Sequence record: DRR723986_1367
Reading direction: 5' to 3' (one strand)
Length of the DNA: 38,552 bases
Below are positions 15,423 to 24,453 of this stretch, piece after piece. Below the pieces are notes generated by a model, which saw nothing but the letters and a program-made list of their open reading frames with translations, had not been told where the DNA came from and made no database searches. The translations under genes and the position numbers were made by a program. Each line of letters starts with the position of its first letter. Position 1 is the first letter of the stretch.

Positions 15423-16136
15423 ATGGGTATTTTTTCCCGCCTGACAGACATTATTAACTCCAATATTAATTCCATTTTGGATTCAGCGGAAGATCCTGAA
15501 AAAATCATTCGTATGGTTATTCAGGAAATGGAAGACACTTTGGTTGAAGTTCGCTCAAGCGCAGCTAAAACCATCGCGGACCAGAAAGATATCAACCGCC
15601 GTCTCGGTAAAATGGATAAGGCACAGTCTGATTGGGAAAAGAAAGCCGAACTGGCCATTTCTAAAGGTCGCGATGACCTGGCCAAAGGCGCGTTGGTGGA
15701 GAAAGCCAAAGTCGCTGACATGGTTGCCCATCTCACTGAAGAAGCCGCTCACCTTGATGCCGCGTTGAAGCAAAACGAAGAAGACGTGATCAAGCTTGAT
15801 GCAAAGCTCCGTGAAGCCCGCGCTAAAAAGGCGGCACTTGCTGCGCGTCATAAGACAGTATCTAACACGGTTCGAATTCGTAAAAACTTGAACGATAACC
15901 GTATTCAGGATGCATTTGATCGCTTCGATAAAGTAGACGCCCGCATGGACCGTCTGGAAGCTGAAGCAGAATCAATGAACATTGGCAAGGGCCAAACATT
16001 GGCGGAAGAGATTACGAGCCTTGAGGTTGATGATACAATCGAAAAGGAACTGGAACAGCTGAAGGCAAAAGCAAGCGGTACGGCGAACGACAATAAAAAA
16101 GCCGCGACCAAAGCCAAAAAAGCAGCTGCTAAGTAA
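15423..16136 (+). CDS. pspA: Phage shock protein A
   Basis: MGIFSRLTDIINSNIN...AEDPEKIIRMVIQEMEDTLVEVRS; AAGGA RBS. Confidence 0.97.
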   Translation: MGIFSRLTDIINSNINSILDSAEDPEKIIRMVIQEMEDTLVEVRSSAAKTIADQKDINRRLGKMDKAQSDWEKKAELAISKGRDDLAKGALVEKAKVADMVAHLTEEAAHLDAALKQNEEDVIKLDAKLREARAKKAALAARHKTVSNTVRIRKNLNDNRIQDAFDRFDKVDARMDRLEAEAESMNIGKGQTLAEEITSLEVDDTIEKELEQLKAKASGTANDNKKAATKAKKAAAK

Positions 16137-16207
16137 TCAAGGTGCGCGCCTTAGCTTCAGGCATGGGGCGCGCCAACAACAAAAACCCGAATTAAAAGGG
16201 ATCGAAA

Positions 16208-16438
16208 ATGCCAGATGTAATCGGAATCTTACTTTTCACAATCGTCATCCCGCTTTGGATAATTTTCCATTATGTTACAAAATGGAAAACCATGAAGGGC
16301 ATAACCCCGGAAGATGAAGCCTCTCTGGGCGACCTTCGCAACTCTGCAGACCGCTTGGAAGACCGCCTTCGTGTTATGGAGCGGATCATGGACGATGAAG
16401 TGCCAGATTGGAGGAGCCGCCACAATGACAAGTTTTAG
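16208..16438 (+). CDS. pspB: Phage shock protein B
   Basis: N-terminal TM with PLWIIFHY; ADRLEDRLRVMERIMDDEVPDWR. Confidence 0.93.
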   Translation: MPDVIGILLFTIVIPLWIIFHYVTKWKTMKGITPEDEASLGDLRNSADRLEDRLRVMERIMDDEVPDWRSRHNDKF

Positions 16439-16817
16439 AAGAAGCCCAACGCGCCTGTATAAAAATCCACAAAAAGGTAAAATTGCTGGTGTATGTGCTG
16501 GCATCGCTGACTATTTTGATATGAAAGTGGGTGTTGTACGTTTCCTATTCGTACTGGGTGCTTTGTTCACAGGTATTTGGCCACTGGTAATTGGTTACTT
16601 TGTTGCCTCGCTTTGGCTCGACCCTACGCCCGTTGATTTATACGAAGACGAGCAGGAAGAGGAGTTTTGGCGGCAAACCAGAAAATCACCGGACTATACA
16701 GCCGCAGATCTGCGCCGTCGTTTTCGCGACATCGAACGCCGCGCCAGCGATATGGAAGCCTACGTGACCAGCAAGCGATTTAAGTTAGACCGCGAATTGC
16801 GCGCTTTGGAAGACTAG
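16425..16817 (+). CDS. pspC: Phage shock protein C
   Basis: LYKNPQKGKIAGVCAGIADYF PspC domain and MEAYVTSKRFKLDREL. Start at ATG 16425 after GGAGGAG, overlapping pspB. Confidence 0.93.
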   Translation: MTSFRRSPTRLYKNPQKGKIAGVCAGIADYFDMKVGVVRFLFVLGALFTGIWPLVIGYFVASLWLDPTPVDLYEDEQEEEFWRQTRKSPDYTAADLRRRFRDIERRASDMEAYVTSKRFKLDRELRALED

Positions 16818-16880
16818 AGCAGCCTGAGCAAATTATTACGAGACTATCTTTCCTTTTCCTCCCGGAATAAGAAAGAACAA

Positions 16881-16912
16881 CGGCGGGCCATATTTTGGTC
16901 CGCCGCTTTTTA
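16881..16912. terminator. Intrinsic terminator of psp operon (convergent with MFS gene)
   Basis: CGGCGGGCCA-TATTT-TGGTCCGCCG followed by CTTTTTA. Confidence 0.8.
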
Positions 16913-16919
16913 TTGATGT

Positions 16920-18260
16920 TTATTGGTCCAGGGCAGCCAGTTCTCGCTCGGTTTCCTGATCAACAGCCCGCATGAAGGCTTTGCGCCCCCACAGGAAAGT
17001 CGCAATGCCGAGCGGAATGGTCACCAAAGCAACTGTAAGATAAGCGTAGCGAAGCGAGTCTGGGCCGCTGTAGAGGTAATCAGACATAAACCCGATAGCA
17101 AAGGGACCGCCGCCATAACCGATCAGGCTGGTAGACATGATATAAATTGAGATGATTTGCCCGCGCATCTGGTTCGGAGTGATAACTTGCAGGCTGGCAA
17201 TCGCTATGCCGGATGGGCTGTTAATGAAAAAGTTGCTGATACCCAGCAAAACCCAAACGGCTATGACATTGTCAACCGTAATGAAGGCAACGGCGGGGAT
17301 CATAAAACCTAGAGGTGCAAGCATTAAAGCGCGAACATGAGCATCTTTTTTGCCTGCCTTAAACCATTTGTCAGCCATATAGCCGCCGAATAACAACCCA
17401 AGCGGCCCCATGATGAGCGATATAAATCCAAATATGATACCTACATCTGCGCCCCCAACGCCGTGATAGCGCTCGAAAAACAACGCAATGAACGAGGCGC
17501 TGCCAAAACCAAAGGCGGCGTTCATCGAAACACCAAAACATATGGTGATATAGGCTTTGGACCGGCCCTTGAAAAAGGTAAAAACTTCTTTTATCGGCAG
17601 AGCGCCCGCAGTGCCGATTTGGCCGTGGCGGGTGGGTTCCTTAATTGTAAGCACCAGCAGGGTCAGCAAAATACCGGGCACACCTACCAACAACAGTGCT
17701 TTTTGCCAGCCATAGTCGACAGTAAACCCGAGAAATGAAATATCCGGCATGCCGTTGGCAATGGGAATAATGGCGCCGCCAATGATAAACGCGAGCGCTG
17801 AGCCGACCGGGATGCCCATGGAATAAACCGAAAGCGCGGTTGACAGTTTATGTTTAGGGAAGCTGTCGGCGATCAATGAACTTGCAGAAGGCCCAAGTGT
17901 TGCTTCCCCTACACCCACGCCCATACGCATGATAAACAACTGCGCAAAATTTTTGGCGAAGGCGGAAGCAGCTGTTGCAAAACTCCAGAGAAACAAGCCG
18001 ATGGCTATTAAGCCAACACGGCTGCGGCTATCAGCGATGCGAGCACAAAATAGGCCGATAAGTGTGTAAAAAGTTGCAAAAGCAAAGCCAACCAGTAGAC
18101 CAAATTCTGTGTCAGAAACCCCGAAGTCTTCCTGGATTGGTTTGGCGAGCAAACTCAAAATTTGGCGATCAATGAAAGAAAAAGTGTATATCAGTAGAAG
18201 TAGGGCAACCATGTACCAGGCATATTGGGGCTTTGGATAGGTTTGATTATCCTCTGACAT
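16920..18260 (-). CDS. MFS transporter, spinster-like
   Basis: IYTFSFIDRQILSLL, ARIADSRSR, RMGVGVGEA. Start moved to ATG 18260 after AAGGA. Confidence 0.92.
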   Translation of the reverse strand: MSEDNQTYPKPQYAWYMVALLLLIYTFSFIDRQILSLLAKPIQEDFGVSDTEFGLLVGFAFATFYTLIGLFCARIADSRSRVGLIAIGLFLWSFATAASAFAKNFAQLFIMRMGVGVGEATLGPSASSLIADSFPKHKLSTALSVYSMGIPVGSALAFIIGGAIIPIANGMPDISFLGFTVDYGWQKALLLVGVPGILLTLLVLTIKEPTRHGQIGTAGALPIKEVFTFFKGRSKAYITICFGVSMNAAFGFGSASFIALFFERYHGVGGADVGIIFGFISLIMGPLGLLFGGYMADKWFKAGKKDAHVRALMLAPLGFMIPAVAFITVDNVIAVWVLLGISNFFINSPSGIAIASLQVITPNQMRGQIISIYIMSTSLIGYGGGPFAIGFMSDYLYSGPDSLRYAYLTVALVTIPLGIATFLWGRKAFMRAVDQETERELAALDQ

Positions 18261-18415
18261 ACAAGGGTCCTTTTGTTGGCTATTTCCATTCGCCGCGGCA
18301 AAATGGTTATTGATTTTTGAAGTCAGTGCAGTAGACAGTCGTTCAAACGGCATCATTGTCAAGGTTTTGTCGCCAGATTAATACTATCTGGAATTACCAC
18401 AATCGGATGTAAAGC

Positions 18416-18832
18416 ATGGCTCTCGATAACACAACGCTTGATGAAATACTCGATACCTTTGAGTTTCTGGATGACTGGGAAGACCGGTATCGGGTGATTA
18501 TTGATTTGGGCAAAAAGCTTGTGCCGCTGGCATCTGATGAAATGACAGAAGCTTTTAAGGTGCGCGGTTGCCAAAGCCAGGTGTGGCTGGTGCCCACAAC
18601 CGATGCAGATGGGCGCATTCATTTTCGCGGAGACAGCGATGCCCATATTGTCAAAGGCCTTGTGGCTTTAATGATTGTGGTATTTTCCGGCAAAACTGGC
18701 GACGAGATAGGGCAGATTGACGCTAAAGCCGTTCTTGATAAGCTAGGCTTGTCATCCCACCTGTCACCTATGCGGGCGAATGGCCTGTTCTCAATGGTGG
18801 AGCGTATTAAGGAAATTGCTGGCGCGACCTAA
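18416..18832 (+). CDS. sufE: SufE-family Fe-S sulfur acceptor
   Basis: DWEDRYRVIIDLG, VRGCQSQVW, DSDAHIVKGL, HLSPMRANG. Confidence 0.95.
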   Translation: MALDNTTLDEILDTFEFLDDWEDRYRVIIDLGKKLVPLASDEMTEAFKVRGCQSQVWLVPTTDADGRIHFRGDSDAHIVKGLVALMIVVFSGKTGDEIGQIDAKAVLDKLGLSSHLSPMRANGLFSMVERIKEIAGAT

Positions 18833-18850
18833 TTATATAAGGTTGGGCAT

Positions 18851-18881
18851 AAAAAAGGCGCACCATGGCACGCCTTTTTTT
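18851..18881. terminator. Bidirectional intrinsic terminator
   Basis: AAAAAAGGCG...CGCCTTTTTT between convergent genes. Confidence 0.85.
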
Positions 18882-18900
18882 ATTTTCTGTTCCGCGGCTG

Positions 18901-20268
18901 TTAGCCTGTTACGGTGTTGTAGATAATCGAAACAAACACAGCACCAACGGCCACTGGGCAAACATACCGTACTAGGAAATACCAGACACGGAATGTGCTG
19001 TCAGTCATGGCAAGCTCTTCCATCATATTTTTGCGGCTGACGAACCACCCAACAAAGATAGCAGAGAACATGCCGCCAATTGGCATCATGATGTTGTTGG
19101 TCAGGAAGTCTTTTGCATCCAGAATACTGCGGCCGAATATTGAAATTTCAGCAATGACGTTGTCGCCTTGACTAAGGCCAGACAAGACACCCATTGCGAA
19201 AATAAAGCCACTGATCATCAGAGCGATCTTTTTGCGCTCCACACCGGTCTTTTCAGTGACATAAGCCACTGATGGCTCCAATAGTGAGATGGCGCTGGTA
19301 ACAGCGGCAACAACTAACAGGAAGAAGAAAGCGCCGCCAACAAAGGCACCACCGCTCATTTGTCCAAACGCAATTGGTAGGGTGGCAAAAATCAATCCAG
19401 GGCCTTGACCAGGAACCAGGCCATACGCAAATACAATTGGGAAAATCATCAGGCCTGCCATAATGGCCACACCTGTGTCTGCACTGGCAATAATAACGGC
19501 AGATTTACCAATGTTCACGCTGCGCTGCATGTAGGCGCCGTATGTCATAATTGAACCAAGCGCCAATGAAAGCGAAAAGAAAGACTGACCGAGGGCTTGC
19601 AGAGCGACATCAAGGTTAATCTTGGAAAAATCTGGTTTAAACAGGAAGTCGACTGTCGCGCCAATATCACCGACGATACTTGAATAGATAGCCAAGCCAA
19701 TCAGCAGTATAAAAAGCGCAGGCATCAAATATGTTACCGCTTTTTCGAGGCCACCTTCAACGCCGCGCGCCACAATAAACATCGTTAGCGCCATAAAGGC
19801 AGCATGCCAGCCGATCACGGCATACTCGTTGGACAGTAAACCACCAAAGTGTGCGCCTGCCGCTGCCGCATCCATCCCTGTAAATGTACCAGAGATTGCT
19901 TCGAAAAAGTAAGAAACAGTCCAGCCGCCAATAACTGAATAGAAGCTAAGAACAATAACAGCACCAATAACACCGGACCAACCGACAAGAGCCCATAAAG
20001 GACTGCGGCCTTCTTCTTTGGCGATTTTTGCCATAGAGCCAATGGGCGACTTTTGCCCGCGTCGACCAAGAGAAAGTTCGGCGACAAGAATAGGCGTGCC
20101 AACGACAAAGACGAAAAAGAGGTAGATAAGTACAAAAGCACCGCCCCCGCCTTGTCCGGCTTCATAAGGAAATTTCCAAATGTTACCAAGGCCGACAGCA
20201 CTACCGACCGCTGCCATAATGAAAGTCCAACGCGATGACCAGTGCGCTGTTTGTGATGATCCAGCCAT
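18901..20268 (-). CDS. Sodium-dependent transporter, NSS/SNF (LeuT-like) family
   Basis: WSSRWTFIMAAVGSAVGLGNIWKFPY, GGGAF, QSFFSLS, GPGLIF. Start at ATG 20268. Confidence 0.95.
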   Translation of the reverse strand: MAGSSQTAHWSSRWTFIMAAVGSAVGLGNIWKFPYEAGQGGGGAFVLIYLFFVFVVGTPILVAELSLGRRGQKSPIGSMAKIAKEEGRSPLWALVGWSGVIGAVIVLSFYSVIGGWTVSYFFEAISGTFTGMDAAAAGAHFGGLLSNEYAVIGWHAAFMALTMFIVARGVEGGLEKAVTYLMPALFILLIGLAIYSSIVGDIGATVDFLFKPDFSKINLDVALQALGQSFFSLSLALGSIMTYGAYMQRSVNIGKSAVIIASADTGVAIMAGLMIFPIVFAYGLVPGQGPGLIFATLPIAFGQMSGGAFVGGAFFFLLVVAAVTSAISLLEPSVAYVTEKTGVERKKIALMISGFIFAMGVLSGLSQGDNVIAEISIFGRSILDAKDFLTNNIMMPIGGMFSAIFVGWFVSRKNMMEELAMTDSTFRVWYFLVRYVCPVAVGAVFVSIIYNTVTG

Positions 20269-20397
20269 AAGTCCCAAACTCCCCCGAGTATGATTATGGG
20301 TAATAATGAAAACACCGTGCACACACGGATAACTTTGGCTCGCTCCCCAGCCAGCCAAAGCGGTACAAAATTATCTATAATGCAGCTTTACCGCCCG

Positions 20398-21225
20398 CTA
20401 CTGTGATGTGTCAATAACTGCGCAATATTCTTGCTGGCTTTTAACCGAACGACAAAGGCTACTGGCATCGGCTTTTTCACTCACGCGCACACCGAGGCGC
20501 ACAGCCGTACTGCCGCCAACAGTAAGTTCCCACTGATCAATAATACCGGCCAGTGGCGGAAATTTAGCCTCAAGGGTAGAGCGGTTTTTGGTTGCAGCGT
20601 TTATGGAACTGTAGCTGGCCAAGTGAACGAACCATTGCCCCAGTGGAGATTGACTCGATGGTTTGGAAAGTTTGGCCACATCCCGATTATTTGAACGACT
20701 GCCAGAGTTGCGACCAGAGAATCTGATCGGGTCAACCACGCGAATTGGCCCAGAAGGGGCAATGCCCTCATGCAGCCGGGTAGGCGGGGCCAAGTTAACA
20801 TCCATCGCGGTTAGATACTGCGACAGAGCAGCTAATCGGCGCCCAGCTTCATCAACAACCGGTCCATCTGCTAACACGCGGTCAAAGCATCGCGCCTGCA
20901 CGCCATCGTTTGAGTTGGTTTGCATTACGCGGGCATACAATAGCCGTGCGCGGTTTACGGAACCGGCTTCCTCAAGGGCGAGCGCGGTATAAAATCTGTC
21001 TGTGGCAGAAACTAGGGGTTCAGCATTGAGGGCGTCAATTGCTTCTTGTGGGCGACCGTTACATATGGCGGCCTCTAAGTTTGACGATAATGCCTGAACG
21101 GAGCCACCGTTCATGCTTGCTGTAGGCCCTGTTCCTTGCAGGGTGCTGCCTCCACATGCCGCGAGCAAGAAAACCGGTGCCAGTTTCATCAGTGTGGTGA
21201 TTTTTGAATGTTCCTTCGCCCACAT
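20398..21225 (-). CDS. Lipoprotein with helical (TPR-like) N-domain and C-terminal SPOR domain
   Basis: Lipobox FLLAAC; WFVHLASYSS...ASSLCRSVKSQQEYCAV is an alphaproteobacterial SPOR pattern. Confidence 0.75.
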   Translation of the reverse strand: MWAKEHSKITTLMKLAPVFLLAACGGSTLQGTGPTASMNGGSVQALSSNLEAAICNGRPQEAIDALNAEPLVSATDRFYTALALEEAGSVNRARLLYARVMQTNSNDGVQARCFDRVLADGPVVDEAGRRLAALSQYLTAMDVNLAPPTRLHEGIAPSGPIRVVDPIRFSGRNSGSRSNNRDVAKLSKPSSQSPLGQWFVHLASYSSINAATKNRSTLEAKFPPLAGIIDQWELTVGGSTAVRLGVRVSEKADASSLCRSVKSQQEYCAVIDTSQ

Positions 21226-21228
21226 GAT

Positions 21229-21990
21229 CTATTGCCCCTGCGCATCAAGGATAAGGCGCCTGCCACGATTTTGAAGAGGGCGCGCATTGCCCCCTCCGAT
21301 CACGCCTTTGATAAGGTTGATCTGTTCTTTTGAGGCCTGCAGGGGTTGCTTGTATATATACCAGCTCACGCCTTCGCTGCATGGTGGTGTGGTAAGCGAG
21401 CCCATATAGCGGAAATAACTCTTGTCATCGGGCATCAGGTCGCGACCATTTACCAAAACATTGGCGCTTCGGTTCCGCTGGTCTGGCTCAAGGGGCATGT
21501 TGGCGATAAATTCTGCCAGCGCCCGGTTGGTCCTGCCTTCTTTTACTAATGTGACAACCACGGCACGACTACCATCGCTTCTACGGTGCATGAACTGAAT
21601 AGAAAGCGGAAAAGTTTCTCCTGCCACTGTATGCTCGGCGGGCGCCCGAAACACAAAACCATTAAGGCCGAGCATTTTTTTGCCGACGCGCAGAAAGCTG
21701 CCTTGCTCATAGTCCATAGAGATCATCAGCCGGTTATGGGCCAGATTAATGGCGGATACTTTATAGTCTGGGCGCAACCGATGCATAATGGCTGGCTCAG
21801 TGCCCTCAATGTTGATGGGTGACTGGAATTGGCCGGTGGCGCAAATTGAGTTGTTACCTGATAAGGTATGCCAATTTTCCGGGCCGTTTGAGCCGCTATA
21901 GCTCCAATTTTCCTGAGCGGATACAGCGGAAAGCCCCAGCAGTATTGTTGTTGCTAATGCCGCGCCTGATTTAAGCCTTTCTGGCAACAT
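21229..21990 (-). CDS. Alpha-carbonic-anhydrase homolog, predicted non-catalytic, exported
   Basis: WSYSG..GPENW, CATGQFQSPINI, YFRYMGSLTTPPCSEGVSW, NARPLQ. Zn-ligand segment reads GFVFRAPAEH...SIQFMH. Confidence 0.9.
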   Translation of the reverse strand: MLPERLKSGAALATTILLGLSAVSAQENWSYSGSNGPENWHTLSGNNSICATGQFQSPINIEGTEPAIMHRLRPDYKVSAINLAHNRLMISMDYEQGSFLRVGKKMLGLNGFVFRAPAEHTVAGETFPLSIQFMHRRSDGSRAVVVTLVKEGRTNRALAEFIANMPLEPDQRNRSANVLVNGRDLMPDDKSYFRYMGSLTTPPCSEGVSWYIYKQPLQASKEQINLIKGVIGGGNARPLQNRGRRLILDAQGQ

Positions 21991-22008
21991 TCTTACCTCC
22001 AGATCTTT

Positions 22009-23445
22009 CTAATCCTGTGTCGGTTCCAGTGCCATTGTTAAGGCATTGGCAAATTTTTTAACCGTCATTTCAATCGTCTTGTCCGGCAAGTTGGCAAACC
22101 CAACCAACAGCCCCTGCCTTTTGGGCGCAAACTGGTAACAGTGAGAAACCGGCACCGCTCCGATGCCTGATTGTCGTGCCAAATTCGCCAGTGCCTCGTC
22201 GTTCAATCCATTTCTTTGCGCTTCTTCTGCGACATAAGCCAGTAGATGCAGACCTGCATCTGAAGGCTGAAATTTTAAGAATCGCTTCAAGTAAGTGTCG
22301 GCAAAATTGGTGAATAAATCCTTACGTTTGGCGTGGACAAGTCTCAGCCGCCTGATGTGGCGCGTGAAGTCACCGTCTTCCATGAAAGCATTGAGAGCAA
22401 TTTGGCTGCTAAGAGCAGGGAAACTGTCTATGGCGCTGCGCAGCTCAGTCACTGGTTTAACCATGGGCTTTGGCAACACCAGATAGCCCAGCCTAAGCGC
22501 AGGGAATAACGATTTAGAAAAAGTGCCGCCGTATATAACCCGCTGGCCACCATCAATGCCTTGCAGGCTGTTCAGTGGATGGCCAGCATAGCGAAATTCA
22601 CTGTCATAATCGTCTTCAAATATCAGGCTGTCTGTTTGCCGGGCCCAGTTTAAAAGCTCCAACCGCCTATTATGCGGCATGGTATAGCCAAGCGGATACT
22701 GACGCGACGGACTGGTTACCAGAAGGGCTTTGTTTTCCTCTGGCACCAACGCGCCTTTATCATCAACTCCAGTGTAGTGTACGGGGTGGCCTGATGCCTT
22801 GGCAGAGGCCAGCATGCCATCAAAACCCGGGTCTTCAAGAATGATCGGCGCTGTTGCCTGCAAAACTGATTTGACCAGCAGATACAGACCTTGTTGCAGA
22901 CCTGAGACAATCATGATCTGTTCGGCGTCACAAACTGCACTGCGTGATGCCTGTAAATAGGCGGCAATGCTGTGGCGCAGCGGTTCATAGCCCATGGCAT
23001 CGTTGTGGTACATCAGATCGGTATTAAGTTTTCGCATTGCACGCCCGGCTGTACGGGCCCACGCTGCGACAGGAAACTGGTCAAGCGCTGGCATGCCCGA
23101 TAACAACGTGTGTTCAGGCCGGGGAGGAGAAGCTGTGCCGTTCGTTTGGGGTAACCTCGCAGTTTGAATCAGTTGGTCCGGTGTTGATGCCGTCACATAG
23201 GTGCCTGCCCCCCTGCGTGTTTCCAGATAGCCCTCTGCTACAAGTTGATCATAGGCCTGCACAACGGTGATGCGCGCAACACCAAGCCTTGCGGCCAGCA
23301 TGCGACTTGCTGGCATGCGGGTGCTGCCGACAAGGGTGCCGTCTAAAATTGAGGTGCGAATTTTTGTATGGAGCTGCCGTTGTAATGTTTTGCCCGCCCG
23401 TGGGTCTAATCCGCTGCCCCAAAGTGCTGTAAATTCATCTTTCAT
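22009..23445 (-). CDS. MocR/GabR-family PLP-binding transcriptional regulator
   Basis: GntR HTH (RMPASRMLAARLGVARITV), EDDYDSEFRY, GTFSKSLFPALRLGY. Confidence 0.95.
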   Translation of the reverse strand: MKDEFTALWGSGLDPRAGKTLQRQLHTKIRTSILDGTLVGSTRMPASRMLAARLGVARITVVQAYDQLVAEGYLETRRGAGTYVTASTPDQLIQTARLPQTNGTASPPRPEHTLLSGMPALDQFPVAAWARTAGRAMRKLNTDLMYHNDAMGYEPLRHSIAAYLQASRSAVCDAEQIMIVSGLQQGLYLLVKSVLQATAPIILEDPGFDGMLASAKASGHPVHYTGVDDKGALVPEENKALLVTSPSRQYPLGYTMPHNRRLELLNWARQTDSLIFEDDYDSEFRYAGHPLNSLQGIDGGQRVIYGGTFSKSLFPALRLGYLVLPKPMVKPVTELRSAIDSFPALSSQIALNAFMEDGDFTRHIRRLRLVHAKRKDLFTNFADTYLKRFLKFQPSDAGLHLLAYVAEEAQRNGLNDEALANLARQSGIGAVPVSHCYQFAPKRQGLLVGFANLPDKTIEMTVKKFANALTMALEPTQD

Positions 23446-23492
23446 ATTGGACCTATAAAAAAGATATAATTGGACCTTTATATAGGCTCAAT
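23446..23492. promoter_or_regulatory. MocR-type operator: two direct repeats plus one inverted repeat
   Basis: ATTGGACCT at 23446 and 23469; imperfect inverted copy AGGCTCAAT at 23484. Confidence 0.75.
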
Positions 23493-23538
23493 AGTGGCAC
23501 ACATTTCATGACACGCAAAGATTAAACAGGAAAGATAT

Positions 23539-23760
23539 ATGGCGCTGGAACTTACTTTTGGTCGAACCACATTTTCGGTACGAAGGCGCCCCGTTAGGCA
23601 AGTGGGCAAGGCAAACTTGTCTGCACAAGGGAAAAGCAGCTTTCTATCAGCCTATGTAAAAATTTTTAACGGCACATGGGAAGCAAAAGCGGGCGCCTTT
23701 TTCCCCAAACAGCTTTCGGCAAAACGAGAAAAAACAGAACTGGATAAAAAAGATGTCTGA
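23539..23760 (+). CDS. Small basic hypothetical protein (73 aa)
   Basis: ACAGGAAAG RBS; first ORF after the MocR operator; stop overlaps the next start (ATGTCTGA). Confidence 0.55.
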   Translation: MALELTFGRTTFSVRRRPVRQVGKANLSAQGKSSFLSAYVKIFNGTWEAKAGAFFPKQLSAKREKTELDKKDV

Positions 23761-24424
23761 CACCGTGAGGGCGAAATTTGCCGCTAATGATCGTAATCGA
23801 GTTCGGCGCGGCCTCAAACGCGCTGTTTATGACAAAGAGTTGGTTTACGCCATCATTGATAGCCATTTCTTATGCCATGTGGCCTTTGAAGTGGAAGGTC
23901 AGCCCTATGTTATGCCAACATCGCATTGGCGCGACGGCAACAAGCTTTATTGGCACGGTTCGTCAAAAAGCATGATGATCCGACATCTGGCTAAGGGCAA
24001 CCCGGCCACCGTTGCGGTAACTCAACTAGATGGCCTGGTTTTGGCACGGTCAGCCTTCAGCACCAGCGTGAATTATCGCTCTGTTGTGGCATATGGCACG
24101 CCGCGCCTGATTGAAGATGAAGGTGCTTTTAATTATCACATGGAACGCTTTTTTGAGATGCTGGCACCGGGGCGTTGGCCGCAGTTGAGAGCAATGACAG
24201 AAACTGAGCGCAAAGCGACAGGCTTGCTGGAAATGGAAATAGAAGACGCCAGCGCAAAAGTACGTGCTGACCCACCAGGTGACGGCGACGAAGCAGATTT
24301 TCCAATCTGGGCCGGGGTGGTGCCAATAAGCATGCGTCGGCATAAGCCTGTGTCTGCACCGGAAGGCGAAACTGCGCCATTAGACCACGGCCTGCTTACG
24401 GCTTATGAATTCCCAAAAAGCTAG
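23753..24424 (+). CDS. Pyridoxamine-5'-phosphate-oxidase-like flavin-nucleotide-binding protein (NimA-like)
   Basis: RAVYD...CHVAF, LYWHGS, DGLVLARSAF..SVNYRSVV, KVRADPPGD, WAGVVP. Confidence 0.88.
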   Translation: MSDTVRAKFAANDRNRVRRGLKRAVYDKELVYAIIDSHFLCHVAFEVEGQPYVMPTSHWRDGNKLYWHGSSKSMMIRHLAKGNPATVAVTQLDGLVLARSAFSTSVNYRSVVAYGTPRLIEDEGAFNYHMERFFEMLAPGRWPQLRAMTETERKATGLLEMEIEDASAKVRADPPGDGDEADFPIWAGVVPISMRRHKPVSAPEGETAPLDHGLLTAYEFPKS

Positions 24425-24453
24425 GTGCTGCGACTATGGTTTTGGTGATAGCC

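Noticed and set aside
23495-23510. TGGCAC as a sigma54 promoter
   Set aside because: No GC at the -12 position (reads ...TTTCAT).
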